From NCBI GenBank assembly GCA_009885445.1, contig VFKQ01000148.1:1-45326 (forward strand): 45,326 nt of DNA. Reading direction: 5' to 3'. The position numbers were made by a program, and so were the translations under genes. The notes under the pieces are model-generated. The model worked only from the letters and a program-made list of their open reading frames with translations, did not search any database and was not told the origin of the DNA. This stretch comes from Anaerolineaceae bacterium. GTDB lineage: Bacteria; Chloroflexota; Anaerolineae; Anaerolineales; Villigracilaceae. Of the stretch, positions 35,292-45,326 are shown piece by piece (the first letter of the stretch is position 1; every line of letters starts with the position of its first letter).

Positions 35292-35838
35292 CTTTCCCTT
35301 TTTCCTTCCAGCGTTTCAAAATCGCTTCAATGTATTTCCAATTGCGCACGTTGCGCCCCACCGCAATCTCGAAGGCCTCCTCGAACCACATGCTCGGATA
35401 ATCCTTCTCGGCCTCGCGCAACATGTCCGCGATCATCGGCGTCAACGCGCCGACATTTTGCTCGTACAGCGTGAACACATTTGAATGTTCGACGGGCGGC
35501 GCATTGAGCACATTCGACGGATCGAACTTGCCGCCTTCGATGGCCTCCGCCGAGACTCGTCCACGCGGCGAGTTGAGGCAAAAAAATTCGCCCGCTTCAT
35601 TCTTGACCTTGAGCAGGGTGCCCCGCGCCGCGGCTTTGTCTGCGCCTGAGGCGAATGCGCCAAAATCTGCGCGCCGCAAAAAGCGGACGGGGCCTTCCAT
35701 GTGCTCGATGCGCCAAAAAGCATGAAGCGTGGCGCGCAGTTCGTCCGCGTCTTCGATCTCGGCGAGCAAGTCGCGCAAAAACGAATCGGGGATGGAAGTG
35801 AATGTTTCGGAGGATGTGAAGCCTTGAAAGTTTGGCAT
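35206..35838 (-). CDS. DnaD-domain replication protein
   Basis: FTLYEQNVGALTPMIADML...FEEAFEIAV..NVRNWKYIEAILKRW; ATG 35838. Confidence 0.88.
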   Translation of the reverse strand: MPNFQGFTSSETFTSIPDSFLRDLLAEIEDADELRATLHAFWRIEHMEGPVRFLRRADFGAFASGADKAAARGTLLKVKNEAGEFFCLNSPRGRVSAEAIEGGKFDPSNVLNAPPVEHSNVFTLYEQNVGALTPMIADMLREAEKDYPSMWFEEAFEIAVGRNVRNWKYIEAILKRWKEKGKDERKDKQNAGETLDRYTEGEFAEYLKRD

Positions 35839-35856
35839 TGTCTCTAAAAAAAGCCT

Positions 35857-35942
35857 AAACACGAAGGGCACTAAGTACACAAAGGGAAAGGGTCTTGATT
35901 TAGCAATGTATCCTTCGTGACCTTCGTGTCCTTTGTGTTTAA
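35857..35942. repeat. Period-9 inverted array
   Basis: aaacacgaagggcactaagtacacaaagg ... ccttcgtgaccttcgtgtcctttgtgttt. Confidence 0.85.
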
Positions 35943-35954
35943 AAAGGTTTTGAA

Positions 35955-37325
35955 TTATTCGTTAAATTGGACATGTTTCGTGGCCGCGTTCTCAAACTTG
36001 GCCAGCGAATTGCGGAAAATTAATTCCACACTGCCCACGGGACCATTACGATGCTTGGCAATGATGATCTCAGCAATGTTCTGCTTGGCGGTATCTTTTT
36101 CGTACTGGTCGGGACGATAAATGAACATGACGATGTCGGCGTCCTGCTCGATGGAGCCCGATTCGCGCAAGTCGGAGAGCACGGGACGTTTGTCGGTGCG
36201 TTGCTCCACGGCGCGACTCAACTGCGCGGCGGCCAGCACGGGGACGTTTAACTCGCGCGCCAACACTTTCAAACTACGCGAGATAAACGAGACTTCCTGC
36301 ACACGATTTTCATTGCGCGTCTCGCCGCCCATGAGTTGGATGTAATCAATGATGATCAAGTCCAACTTGAATTCCATGTGCAGGCGGCGGCACTTCGTGC
36401 GCAATTGCAAAGGCGTGATGGCCGGCGTGTCGTCTAAAAATATTTTTGTATCCGACATTACTTCGATGGAATGCGTGAACAGCGGCCACTCGGCCTCTGT
36501 CAGCTTGCCGTTGCGCAGACGTTGCGAGTCAATTCCCGTCTCCTGCGCGATCAAACGTTGCACCACCTGCTCGTTCGACATTTCCAGCGAGAAAATCGCC
36601 ACGTGTTTTTTGTGAGTCAGCGCGGCATTCTTCGCAATCGAAAGCAGGAAACCCGTCTTGCCCTGGCCCGGTCGTCCGGCGATGATCAGCAGGTCTGAAG
36701 GTTGCAGGCCCGAGAGCATTTTATCCAGGTCAATAAAACCCGTCGGCACACCATGAATTTCTTCGGGACGTTTTGAGAGGTCGTCAATGCGGTCGTAATA
36801 ATCGGAGAGCACTTCGCGAATCGGTTGCAGGTCGTGGCGCAATCTTTTTTCGCTGACATTGAAAATCGCCTTCTCAGACTCCCCCATCACTTCTTCCACG
36901 TCAATGCCGGTGTTGTAGCCCAGCGCCGCAATCTTGTTTGCCGCCGCAATCATCTTGCGCCGAATCGCATGTCCCTCCACGATGTGGCCATAAGACTCGG
37001 CGTTGATCGAACTCGGCACCTGGTTAACCAGCGATGTTAAAAACGACGGGCCGCCGATCTCCCCAAGTTGCCCGACCCGCTCCAAGTCGTCAGCGACCGT
37101 GAGTAAATCCACTGGCGTGCGATTCTCGTGCAGTCGCGTGAACGCATCCCAAATCCAACGCAGGCGATGAATGTAAAAATCATCGGCGCCAAGAAATTGC
37201 GCCACATCGTAATAGGCTTCTGGGTTAATCAGCACCGCCCCAACGACGGCTTCTTCTGCTTCTCGGCTGTGCGGAACGCTGGGCGCGGCGGGGGCGGTAT
37301 CTTCTGGGGGGAAAAAATCTGTCAT
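35955..37325 (-). CDS. dnaB: Replicative DNA helicase
   Basis: PHSREAEEAVVG, GVPTGF, AGRPGQGKT, FSLEMS, IDYIQLM, AQLSRAVEQR, SDLRESGSIEQDAD, KHRNGP; no intein. Confidence 0.97.
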   Translation of the reverse strand: MTDFFPPEDTAPAAPSVPHSREAEEAVVGAVLINPEAYYDVAQFLGADDFYIHRLRWIWDAFTRLHENRTPVDLLTVADDLERVGQLGEIGGPSFLTSLVNQVPSSINAESYGHIVEGHAIRRKMIAAANKIAALGYNTGIDVEEVMGESEKAIFNVSEKRLRHDLQPIREVLSDYYDRIDDLSKRPEEIHGVPTGFIDLDKMLSGLQPSDLLIIAGRPGQGKTGFLLSIAKNAALTHKKHVAIFSLEMSNEQVVQRLIAQETGIDSQRLRNGKLTEAEWPLFTHSIEVMSDTKIFLDDTPAITPLQLRTKCRRLHMEFKLDLIIIDYIQLMGGETRNENRVQEVSFISRSLKVLARELNVPVLAAAQLSRAVEQRTDKRPVLSDLRESGSIEQDADIVMFIYRPDQYEKDTAKQNIAEIIIAKHRNGPVGSVELIFRNSLAKFENAATKHVQFNE

Positions 37326-37327
37326 CG

Positions 37328-37894
37328 CTATATCTGCTTGTCGGGCGGCGTGTCGTTGAGATTATCCAAATCAAGTTTGTCGAGAAAATCTTTGAACACA
37401 TCCAGACGTTCACTATTAATTTCAGCGGGCGGCGACGAAACTGCGCGCTCCTTGCCGGACCGTGGGCCGGGTGCCCCCTCCGAGGAAACATCCTTCTCCG
37501 GGACAATGCTGGCCGCGTCCATCACCGACTCGTGCACACGAATCGGCACGCGCGCGCGGACGGCCAGCGCAATCGCATCCGAGGGACGCGAGTCAATGCT
37601 GATCTCCTGCCCGTCCTGGTCGGCGATGATGTTGCTGAAAAAAATATCTTCGCGCAAAGAGACGATCTCAATGCGCGTGATGCGCGCATTAAACGTGTTT
37701 AGAATCGAACGAATCAGATCGTGCGTCAACGGACGCATCATCTCCACTTCCTGCAAAGCGACTGTGATGGCTTCGGCCTCGTAAGGCCCGACCCAAATGG
37801 GCAAATAACGCTCGCCGTTCGACTCGCGCAAAATGACCAATCGCTGTGGCGACATTAAGTTGACGCGTACGCTGTCTATGAATACTTCTATCAT
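37328..37894 (-). CDS. Bifunctional nuclease family (DUF151)
   Basis: YLPIWVGPYEAEAI, RPLTHDL, IDSRPSDAIALAVR. Confidence 0.93.
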   Translation of the reverse strand: MIEVFIDSVRVNLMSPQRLVILRESNGERYLPIWVGPYEAEAITVALQEVEMMRPLTHDLIRSILNTFNARITRIEIVSLREDIFFSNIIADQDGQEISIDSRPSDAIALAVRARVPIRVHESVMDAASIVPEKDVSSEGAPGPRSGKERAVSSPPAEINSERLDVFKDFLDKLDLDNLNDTPPDKQI

Positions 37895-37949
37895 AATAGT
37901 GCTCCGTGGTGATTTTGCCTATTGTAGCATAACCGCAAGTCCATTCAAT

Positions 37950-38029
37950 TAAACACGAAGGACACAAAAGAAATCTTTGGTTTTAGCATTTTGCTCTCCT
38001 GTGTGAGCCTTCATGGACTTTGTGGTAAA
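37950..38029. repeat. Period-9 inverted array
   Basis: aaacacgaaggacacaaaag ... cttcatggactttgtggt; half-copy at 38838-38868. Confidence 0.75.
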
Positions 38030-38093
38030 AGGTTTTAAATGTGACCTTGTCAAATTATTTACCTGCCCGCCAGTTTGCCTTTATACTTAACCC

Positions 38094-38720
38094 ATGTTCA
38101 TTACCCTCGAAGGCCCCGAAGGTTCGGGCAAGACCTCGCACATCCCCCCGCTCATGGACTATCTGCGCGCGCAGGGGCGTGTCGTCTTCGCCACCCGCGA
38201 ACCCGGCGGGACGTCCATCGGCGAGCAGATTCGCGGCGTCATCCACGATTTGAAGAATACCGAGATGCACCCACGCACAGAGACGTTACTCTATCAAGCC
38301 GCGCGCGCGCAGATCGTGGAGCAGGTCATTCAGCCGCGACTCAAAGCCGGCGAGATTGTCATCTGTGACCGCTACGCCGATTCGACGATTGCCTATCAGG
38401 GCTACGGACATCAACAAAACCTGGACGAAGTCCGCGCGCTGGTGAAATATGCAACCGGCGGACTCGTCCCCGACCTGACCCTCCTGCTCGACGTGGATGT
38501 GGAAGTCGGCTTGAAGCGCAAACGCAATGACGCCGACTGGAACCGCATGGACGCGCAGACGATTGATTTCTATCACCGCGTCCGCGCCGGGTATGTTGAA
38601 ATGCTGAAACACGAACCCAATCGCTGGCACGCTGTAGATGCTGGCGCAGATTGGCAGTCCGTGCAGGACGAGTTGAGGGCGGCAATTTCCAGCCGACTTC
38701 CTGCTGTACATCTGATCTGA
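38094..38720 (+). CDS. tmk: Thymidylate kinase
   Basis: FITLEGPEGSGKT, TREPGGT, ICDRYADSTIAYQGYG, PDLTLLLD. Confidence 0.96.
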   Translation: MFITLEGPEGSGKTSHIPPLMDYLRAQGRVVFATREPGGTSIGEQIRGVIHDLKNTEMHPRTETLLYQAARAQIVEQVIQPRLKAGEIVICDRYADSTIAYQGYGHQQNLDEVRALVKYATGGLVPDLTLLLDVDVEVGLKRKRNDADWNRMDAQTIDFYHRVRAGYVEMLKHEPNRWHAVDAGADWQSVQDELRAAISSRLPAVHLI

Positions 38721-38883
38721 AATAAGTTCAAAACCTAAACGCCAATAGCGCGAACACTTGCACCTGGCGCAAGTGCAGGTGTTCGCGTTAAAAACCTATT
38801 CTGGTTTTTGATTTCACATCAGGCATATTTTGCTCCCCTTCGTGACCTTTGTGTACTTCGTGTTTAAATCCTTTGTCAAACAA

Positions 38884-38916
38884 AAACGATGCGCACCTCA
38901 CGGCCTCGCATCGTTT
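38884..38916. terminator. Hairpin between convergent tmk and DUF4230 genes
   Basis: aaacgatgcg...cgcatcgttt. Confidence 0.6.
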
Positions 38917-38939
38917 ATTGTATCTGAGTTTGTGTGCGC

Positions 38940-39611
38940 TTACTTCACGAAGATCGTATTCGGGAAACCCAGCGCGGCGAAGAACTTGATCAAGAAAGCC
39001 TCGGCGTTGATTTGTGCCTGAGTCAGAATGCCGTCCTCAAGAGCGGCCTTGAGAATCTCCTGCTCTGCGGCCTGACGCGCCAGCGTTTCGAGGTCGGTCA
39101 CGCCCTGGGTGAGGATACCCGTCTCACGGTCGTACACGTACGACTTTTCATTATCTAGTGTGGCGATAAAAATTTCGGCGGCGGGCAGGGTCACGTATAA
39201 AACTCCGCCTTCAAAACGCATGTGCTCGGGCTGGAGCTTGGCCATGTCGATTCCTGCAATGACAGTGCCGTGCGCCACGAAAAGCAGTTTGTCGCCGAAG
39301 AGGAAACTAAATGTTCCCTGTCCCTGCTCGGCGGTGATGACCTTCTCGATGCTATATTGAATCGTCTCAAGCCGGGCCAGCGCGCGGATTTCGGTGATGT
39401 ACGTCACCGGGTCGGGGATAATCGTCGGCGTGGGGTGCATCAACTGCGAGACCTGAGTCTGCATGGCCTGATTGGCCTCCTGCAAAGGTTGGAACGCAGA
39501 CGAGGCCTGCTGAGCCGTCTCGCTGACCGCGGCGCGGATGGTGTTTACAATGAAGTACACGCCAGCCACCAGAACGATAAGGACGATGAAGTTGAACCAG
39601 TTATTTTTCAT
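38940..39611 (-). CDS. DUF4230-domain membrane-anchored protein
   Basis: N-terminal TM; GTVIAGIDM, VTLPAAEI, GILTQAQINAE; ATG 39611. Confidence 0.85.
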   Translation of the reverse strand: MKNNWFNFIVLIVLVAGVYFIVNTIRAAVSETAQQASSAFQPLQEANQAMQTQVSQLMHPTPTIIPDPVTYITEIRALARLETIQYSIEKVITAEQGQGTFSFLFGDKLLFVAHGTVIAGIDMAKLQPEHMRFEGGVLYVTLPAAEIFIATLDNEKSYVYDRETGILTQGVTDLETLARQAAEQEILKAALEDGILTQAQINAEAFLIKFFAALGFPNTIFVK

Positions 39612-39705
39612 GCTGGCATTATAAACCACACAGAAAATGGACGAAAGGGATACGCAAGGTGGATTAATCTTCGGCAGATAACCGCAACCTGTTATCATTG
39701 CCAAA

Positions 39706-40698
39706 ATGCGCCTCCTAAAACTGATCACTGTTTACTGTTTACTGATTACCGCCCTCGCCGCCTGTGTGCCCACGACGACTCCGCCGCCCGCGCCGACTTT
39801 CACGCCCCCCGCAGAGACGCTCACCCCCGCGCCCGAGCTGGGTTCGCTGGCCAATCCGCTTTTACTAGCCCTGCCGCCCGCGCAGATCACCGACTCCACT
39901 GACATCGCCAACGGACAGGCGCTGGCCGCTTTGCTCGAAACATTGACGGGGTATCACATTGTCGCAGTTGCGCCGACCACCACCACTGAATTAATTGAAG
40001 CCATGCGCACAGGCCGCGCACATATTGCGGCCTTCTCGCCATTTGCATTGACTCGCGCCTACGAACAAAGCGCCGTGCGCGCCGCGTTTGCTTCAACGAA
40101 GGACGGCGACGCCTCGTACGGGGCGCAATTCATCGGGAGCGCAACCCGCTTCAAGTCGTATTACGACCCGATATTGGGCGAGAACGTGGGCGAGGCGGCT
40201 GAGGCGCTGAGTCAGTTCGCCGGCGCGCGCGCCTGTTGGACAGAGTCCACTTCGCCGTCTGGTTATCTCGTGCCGGCGGGTATGTTGGGCTGGTACAAAG
40301 TTGCGATTCCGGATGGCGCATTCGTGCAGAGTCATTTCTCGGTGGTGCGCGCGGTGCAACAGGCGATTTGTGATTTCGGCGCCACGTATATTGACGCGCG
40401 CGATTATCCCGCGTTGAAAGATTCATATCCGCAATTAAAAGATGAGGTGCTGGTCGTCTGGCAGATTCCGGCCATCATTCCTTACGATGGAATTTTTCTT
40501 TCGGCGACTCTCTCCGACGGAATGATCGCCAACTTGAAGTTGGCCCTGCAACAAGTGATCGACTCTCCCGACGGCGCAACAATGCTGACCGCGCTGTGGG
40601 ACGGGCAGGCCTGGTCGCCGGTCGAGGATGATTTCTACGTCGAATTCACGCGCTACCTGCTGGCCGCACCGATTGATTTGGAAAGCATGATTCATTGA
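39706..40698 (+). CDS. PhnD-like phosphate/phosphonate ABC substrate-binding lipoprotein (orphan)
   Basis: Lipobox LAAC; IEAMRTGRAHIA, STSPSGYLVP, IPYDG; no permease or ATPase adjacent. Confidence 0.82.
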   Translation: MRLLKLITVYCLLITALAACVPTTTPPPAPTFTPPAETLTPAPELGSLANPLLLALPPAQITDSTDIANGQALAALLETLTGYHIVAVAPTTTTELIEAMRTGRAHIAAFSPFALTRAYEQSAVRAAFASTKDGDASYGAQFIGSATRFKSYYDPILGENVGEAAEALSQFAGARACWTESTSPSGYLVPAGMLGWYKVAIPDGAFVQSHFSVVRAVQQAICDFGATYIDARDYPALKDSYPQLKDEVLVVWQIPAIIPYDGIFLSATLSDGMIANLKLALQQVIDSPDGATMLTALWDGQAWSPVEDDFYVEFTRYLLAAPIDLESMIH

Positions 40699-40711
40699 TT
40701 TCCAACATACA

Positions 40712-40780
40712 GGTGGTCGAGTAGGCGGCGAGTTTCTATAGTAGTTTTATCCTACTTGCTCAAGCCGCCGTATCGAGACC
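40712..40780. repeat. GGTCGAG...TATCGAGACC element without the 24-nt insert
   Basis: ggtggtcgagtaggcggcg...gccgccgtatcgagacc; same ends as the element at ~834-892. Confidence 0.85.
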
Positions 40781-40803
40781 TGAATAGCATGATTCATTAA
40801 CTG

Positions 40804-40902
40804 ACCTTACGCATTTAGCCACAGAGCACGCAGAGTTTTTTGAGCTTTTTCTCAAGGTTTTCTCGGTGAACTCTGTGGCTAAGGCATTCGCCTGCGTAAG
40901 GT
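40804..40902. repeat. Long imperfect hairpin with period-9 arms
   Basis: accttacgca..tagccacagagcacgcagag ... ctcggtgaactctgtggcta...tgcgtaaggt. Confidence 0.75.
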
Positions 40903-40947
40903 GATTCATCAAATGTATAATCACACCATCATCCCCGAGGAGACAAC

Positions 40948-42633
<1,686 letters not shown>

Positions 42634-42639
42634 TGCGAG

Positions 42640-42717
42640 GCCCTCATCCTACCCCTCTCCCGATTACGGGATAGGGAACTCCCTTCCCCCAGCGGGAGAA
42701 GGGCCGGGGATGAGGGC
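42640..42717. repeat. C-rich/G-rich branched palindrome (CCCTC...GAGGG type)
   Basis: gccctcatcc..ccctctcccgattacgggataggg..cccttcccccagcgggagaaggg..ggatgagggc. Confidence 0.8.
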
Positions 42718-42784
42718 GAAATCTGCGCAATCTCAACCCCTCTTTCGCCAGCCTTCCCCCATTCAAAAATAGTATAATTGTTCT

Positions 42785-43639
42785 ATGTTAGCCAACCCGT
42801 TCCTGCCCAAACGCCCGTGTGTGGCCGTGCATCCCAAGATGGCCGACGCGCTTTCACAGACCGAAACCATCATCGAATATTTCAAAGAAAAAGGGATGGA
42901 CGCGCCCGCAGGCTCGCTGTATGACGAGAGTCTGCGCCGCCGCTTGAAAGACGGCGAGTTCGACATGCTCATCGCCCTCGGCGGTGATGGCACCATGTTA
43001 CGCGCCGCGCATTTGTGCGCCCCTTCCAACATTCCCATTTTGGGCATCAACCTCGGGCGGCTCGGATTTTTAATTCAGGTGGAACATAAAGACTGCAACA
43101 CAATGTTTGATCACGTGCTGAGCGGCGATGCCTGGATCGAAAAACGCATGATGTTACGCGTGGAGCAACAGCGCGCCGGCGAAAGTCTCGGTGTGTCGCA
43201 CGCGTTGAACGAAGTCGCCGTCAGCCGCGGACAATATCTGCGCCCGATTCGACTCACGGTGAATGTGGACTCGCGACTATTAACCACTTACGTCGCTGAC
43301 GGTTTGATCGCCTCCACGCCCACCGGCTCCACTGCGTACGCGCTCGCAGCGGGTGGCCCGATCCTGCCGCCCGATCTACGCAATATTTTGATCGTGCCGA
43401 TTGCTCCGCATCTATCTGTGGATCGTGCTGTCGTACTTTCTGAAGGTTCCTCGGTGAGCATCCTCGTCCAAAGTGAAAACGCCCTCTTCAGCGTGGACGG
43501 GCAGGAGCCGATCGGCCTCGCCGAAGGCGACCACGTAGATGTGCGCGCCGCTGAATACGAAGCCTCCTTCGTGCGCTTCGGCGACCCAAATTATTTTTAC
43601 CGCAACCTCACCGCGCACATGCACCAGAATTCGATTTAA
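42785..43639 (+). CDS. nadK: NAD kinase
   Basis: LGGDGTML, GINLGRLGFL, ALNEV, ADGLIASTPTGSTAYALAAGGP. Confidence 0.96.
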   Translation: MLANPFLPKRPCVAVHPKMADALSQTETIIEYFKEKGMDAPAGSLYDESLRRRLKDGEFDMLIALGGDGTMLRAAHLCAPSNIPILGINLGRLGFLIQVEHKDCNTMFDHVLSGDAWIEKRMMLRVEQQRAGESLGVSHALNEVAVSRGQYLRPIRLTVNVDSRLLTTYVADGLIASTPTGSTAYALAAGGPILPPDLRNILIVPIAPHLSVDRAVVLSEGSSVSILVQSENALFSVDGQEPIGLAEGDHVDVRAAEYEASFVRFGDPNYFYRNLTAHMHQNSI

Positions 43640-43647
43640 AAAAGATT

Positions 43648-43713
43648 ACAGGTAAACACGTAGACACGTAGATACCGAATACTGATCACTGAACACTGAA
43701 CACCGATGACTGA
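43648..43713. repeat. 8-mer array followed by an (ACTGAAC)n heptamer arm ending in the start codon
   Basis: acaggtaaacacgtagacacgtag / accgaat actgatc actgaac actgaac accgATG actgac. Confidence 0.85.
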
Positions 43714-44263
43714 CGACACCACCCTCTACTGCTACGTCCACCCCACGCGCCCAACTTTGTTGCGTTGCAACAAATGCGAGCGGCCCATTTGCGTTTCTTG
43801 CGCGATACGCACACCTACGGGTTATCGTTGCAAAGAATGTGTCAGCGGCCAGCAAAAAATATTCGACACCGCCGAGTGGTCTGACTATGTGCTGGTCTTC
43901 ATCGTCGGCGCGATTCTTTCGGGCATTGCCACCGTCATTATCAGCGGCATCGGTGCGTTCTTGTGGTTCTTTGTTTTTGCGCTCGGCCCGCTGGCCGGCA
44001 CGTTGATCGGCAACATCTGTCGCCGCCTGGTCAAGAGTCACCGTTCGCGCGCGCTCAACTTTACATTGATGGCTGGCATGATCGCTGGCGCTTTGCCGAT
44101 GCTCCTCATTTTGGGTCTTTTCGGTGTACTGGGTGCGATTGGCCTTCGTGAAAATCCGGTTGCCTTGGTTTCGCTTCTGCCGTTGGTCTGGCAGATTATT
44201 TATCTAGTCACCGCTTTGCCGATTGCATACTCACAATTTTCTGGAATGGTATTTAGGCGATAA
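43706..44263 (+). CDS. Membrane protein with N-terminal B-box-like zinc finger
   Basis: CYVHP...LRCNKCERPICVSCA..TPTGYRCKEC followed by about 4 TM. Confidence 0.85.
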   Translation: MTDDTTLYCYVHPTRPTLLRCNKCERPICVSCAIRTPTGYRCKECVSGQQKIFDTAEWSDYVLVFIVGAILSGIATVIISGIGAFLWFFVFALGPLAGTLIGNICRRLVKSHRSRALNFTLMAGMIAGALPMLLILGLFGVLGAIGLRENPVALVSLLPLVWQIIYLVTALPIAYSQFSGMVFRR

Positions 44264-44265
44264 AC

Positions 44266-45326
44266 ATGCTGACTGAACTGCGCATCCAAAATTTTGCCAT
44301 CATCGACCGCCTCGAGCTCGCCCTCGGAGCGGGTTTAATTATTCTGACGGGGGAAACCGGCGCTGGTAAATCCATCATCCTCGACGCGGTGGTGACTCTC
44401 ATCGGCGGTCGCGCCGACGCAACCCTCGTCCGCGCGGACTCAGACGCGGCCTTCGTCGAGGGCACATTCACCCTCGAGGGGTCCGCGAAAGACGCGGCGC
44501 ACGAAATTCTCAATCGCGAAGAATTAATGGACGACCCCAACTTCGTCACGCTCACTCGCGAAGTCCGCCGCGAGGGCCGCTCTGCCGCGCGCATCAATGG
44601 CCGCACCGTGAACGTGGCCCTGCTTCGAGAACTGGGCGCGGTGCTGATCGATATCCACGGCCAGTCGGAACATCTGTCCCTGCTCGACCCGCGCGCGCAT
44701 TTGGGATTACTGGATCGCTACTCGGATGTCGGCGCACTGCTGACAGATTATCGCAAGACCTACCACGCGCTGACAGATTTGCGCCGCGAGTTAACCGACC
44801 TGCGCGCCGCGCAAACTGACACCGTGCGCCGCACCGAGATGCTCACCTTTCAAGCGGACGAAATCGAAGACGCGAAATTAAAAAAGGGTGAAGACGACGA
44901 ATTAAAAAAAGAACGTGACCGACTCGCCAACGCCGAGTCTCTCGCCGAGCACGCGCAGGAAGCGCTGACGATTCTCGACGAGTCCACGCCCGAGATTTCC
45001 GCCGCCTCCGATTTGGTGGGGCAGGCCGCGCAGGCCATGTCTTCGCTGGCCAAGACCGACCCCTCGCAGGCTGAACTCTCTGAACGCGCCGACCTACTCC
45101 TCGAAAATCTCACCGACCTGACGCGCGACCTGCGCGACTACCTCGAGGGCATCGAATTTAATCCGCGCCGCCTCGAGGAAGTGGAGGAGCGGCTCAATCT
45201 CATCTATCAACTGACGCGCAAATATGGCGGGAACATTGAGTCGGTCAACAAATTTGGCGCAGACGCGCGCGCGCAACTTGAGAATCTGTCCACGGCGGTT
45301 GAGCGCATCGAAGAATTGAGCGCGCA
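44266..45326 (+). CDS. recN: DNA repair protein RecN, partial
   Basis: Missing from the ORF track (no stop in window): MLTELRIQNFAIIDRLEL...LTGETGAGKSIILDA...LIDIHGQSEHLSLL, then coiled coil; follows nadK as is usual. Confidence 0.95.
   Translation, partial: MLTELRIQNFAIIDRLELALGAGLIILTGETGAGKSIILDAVVTLIGGRADATLVRADSDAAFVEGTFTLEGSAKDAAHEILNREELMDDPNFVTLTREVRREGRSAARINGRTVNVALLRELGAVLIDIHGQSEHLSLLDPRAHLGLLDRYSDVGALLTDYRKTYHALTDLRRELTDLRAAQTDTVRRTEMLTFQADEIEDAKLKKGEDDELKKERDRLANAESLAEHAQEALTILDESTPEISAASDLVGQAAQAMSSLAKTDPSQAELSERADLLLENLTDLTRDLRDYLEGIEFNPRRLEEVEERLNLIYQLTRKYGGNIESVNKFGADARAQLENLSTAVERIEELSA

Noticed and set aside
33777-35838. IS21 element or prophage replication module
   Set aside because: No IstA transposase, terminal repeats, integrase or phage structural genes; it lies in an operon with dnaB among core genes.

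Overview
A 45 kb chromosomal segment, probably from an Anaerolineae (Chloroflexota) bacterium. This is inferred from the NBR1-Ig secreted protein, the dnaB-dnaD-double-DnaC cluster and the repeat style. The backbone is housekeeping: polysaccharide genes (bi-domain oxidoreductase, ugd, GT4 and GT-C glycosyltransferases), a Rieske oxygenase, an M29 aminopeptidase, tRNA-Lys(CTT), panB/panE, a two-component pair, an R3H-AAA ATPase, NAD salvage (pncA/pncB-like, nadK), an FTR1 iron permease, dnaB/dnaD/dnaC-like, tmk, a B12 acyl-CoA mutase with isobutyryl-CoA-mutase signature residues, and a partial recN. Three unusual layers sit on this backbone. (1) A dense, nested set of very small repeats: 21/24/27-nt hairpin micro-insertions (with an empty-site copy in the window and in-frame copies inside genes), 29-nt GTAG REPs, ~120-nt composite palindromic elements, and 7-, 8- and 9-mer arrays, some lying within coding sequence. 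(2) A frameshifted four-helix-bundle (IVS-protein/Avd-like) gene enclosed by complementary heptamer arrays, lying exactly between the ugd stop codon and the next start codon. (3) Six toxin-antitoxin modules or remnants with no integrase, several bordered by duplicated gene ends or hairpins. No CRISPR array, rRNA or prophage was seen. All calls come from reading motifs by eye; no database search was run.
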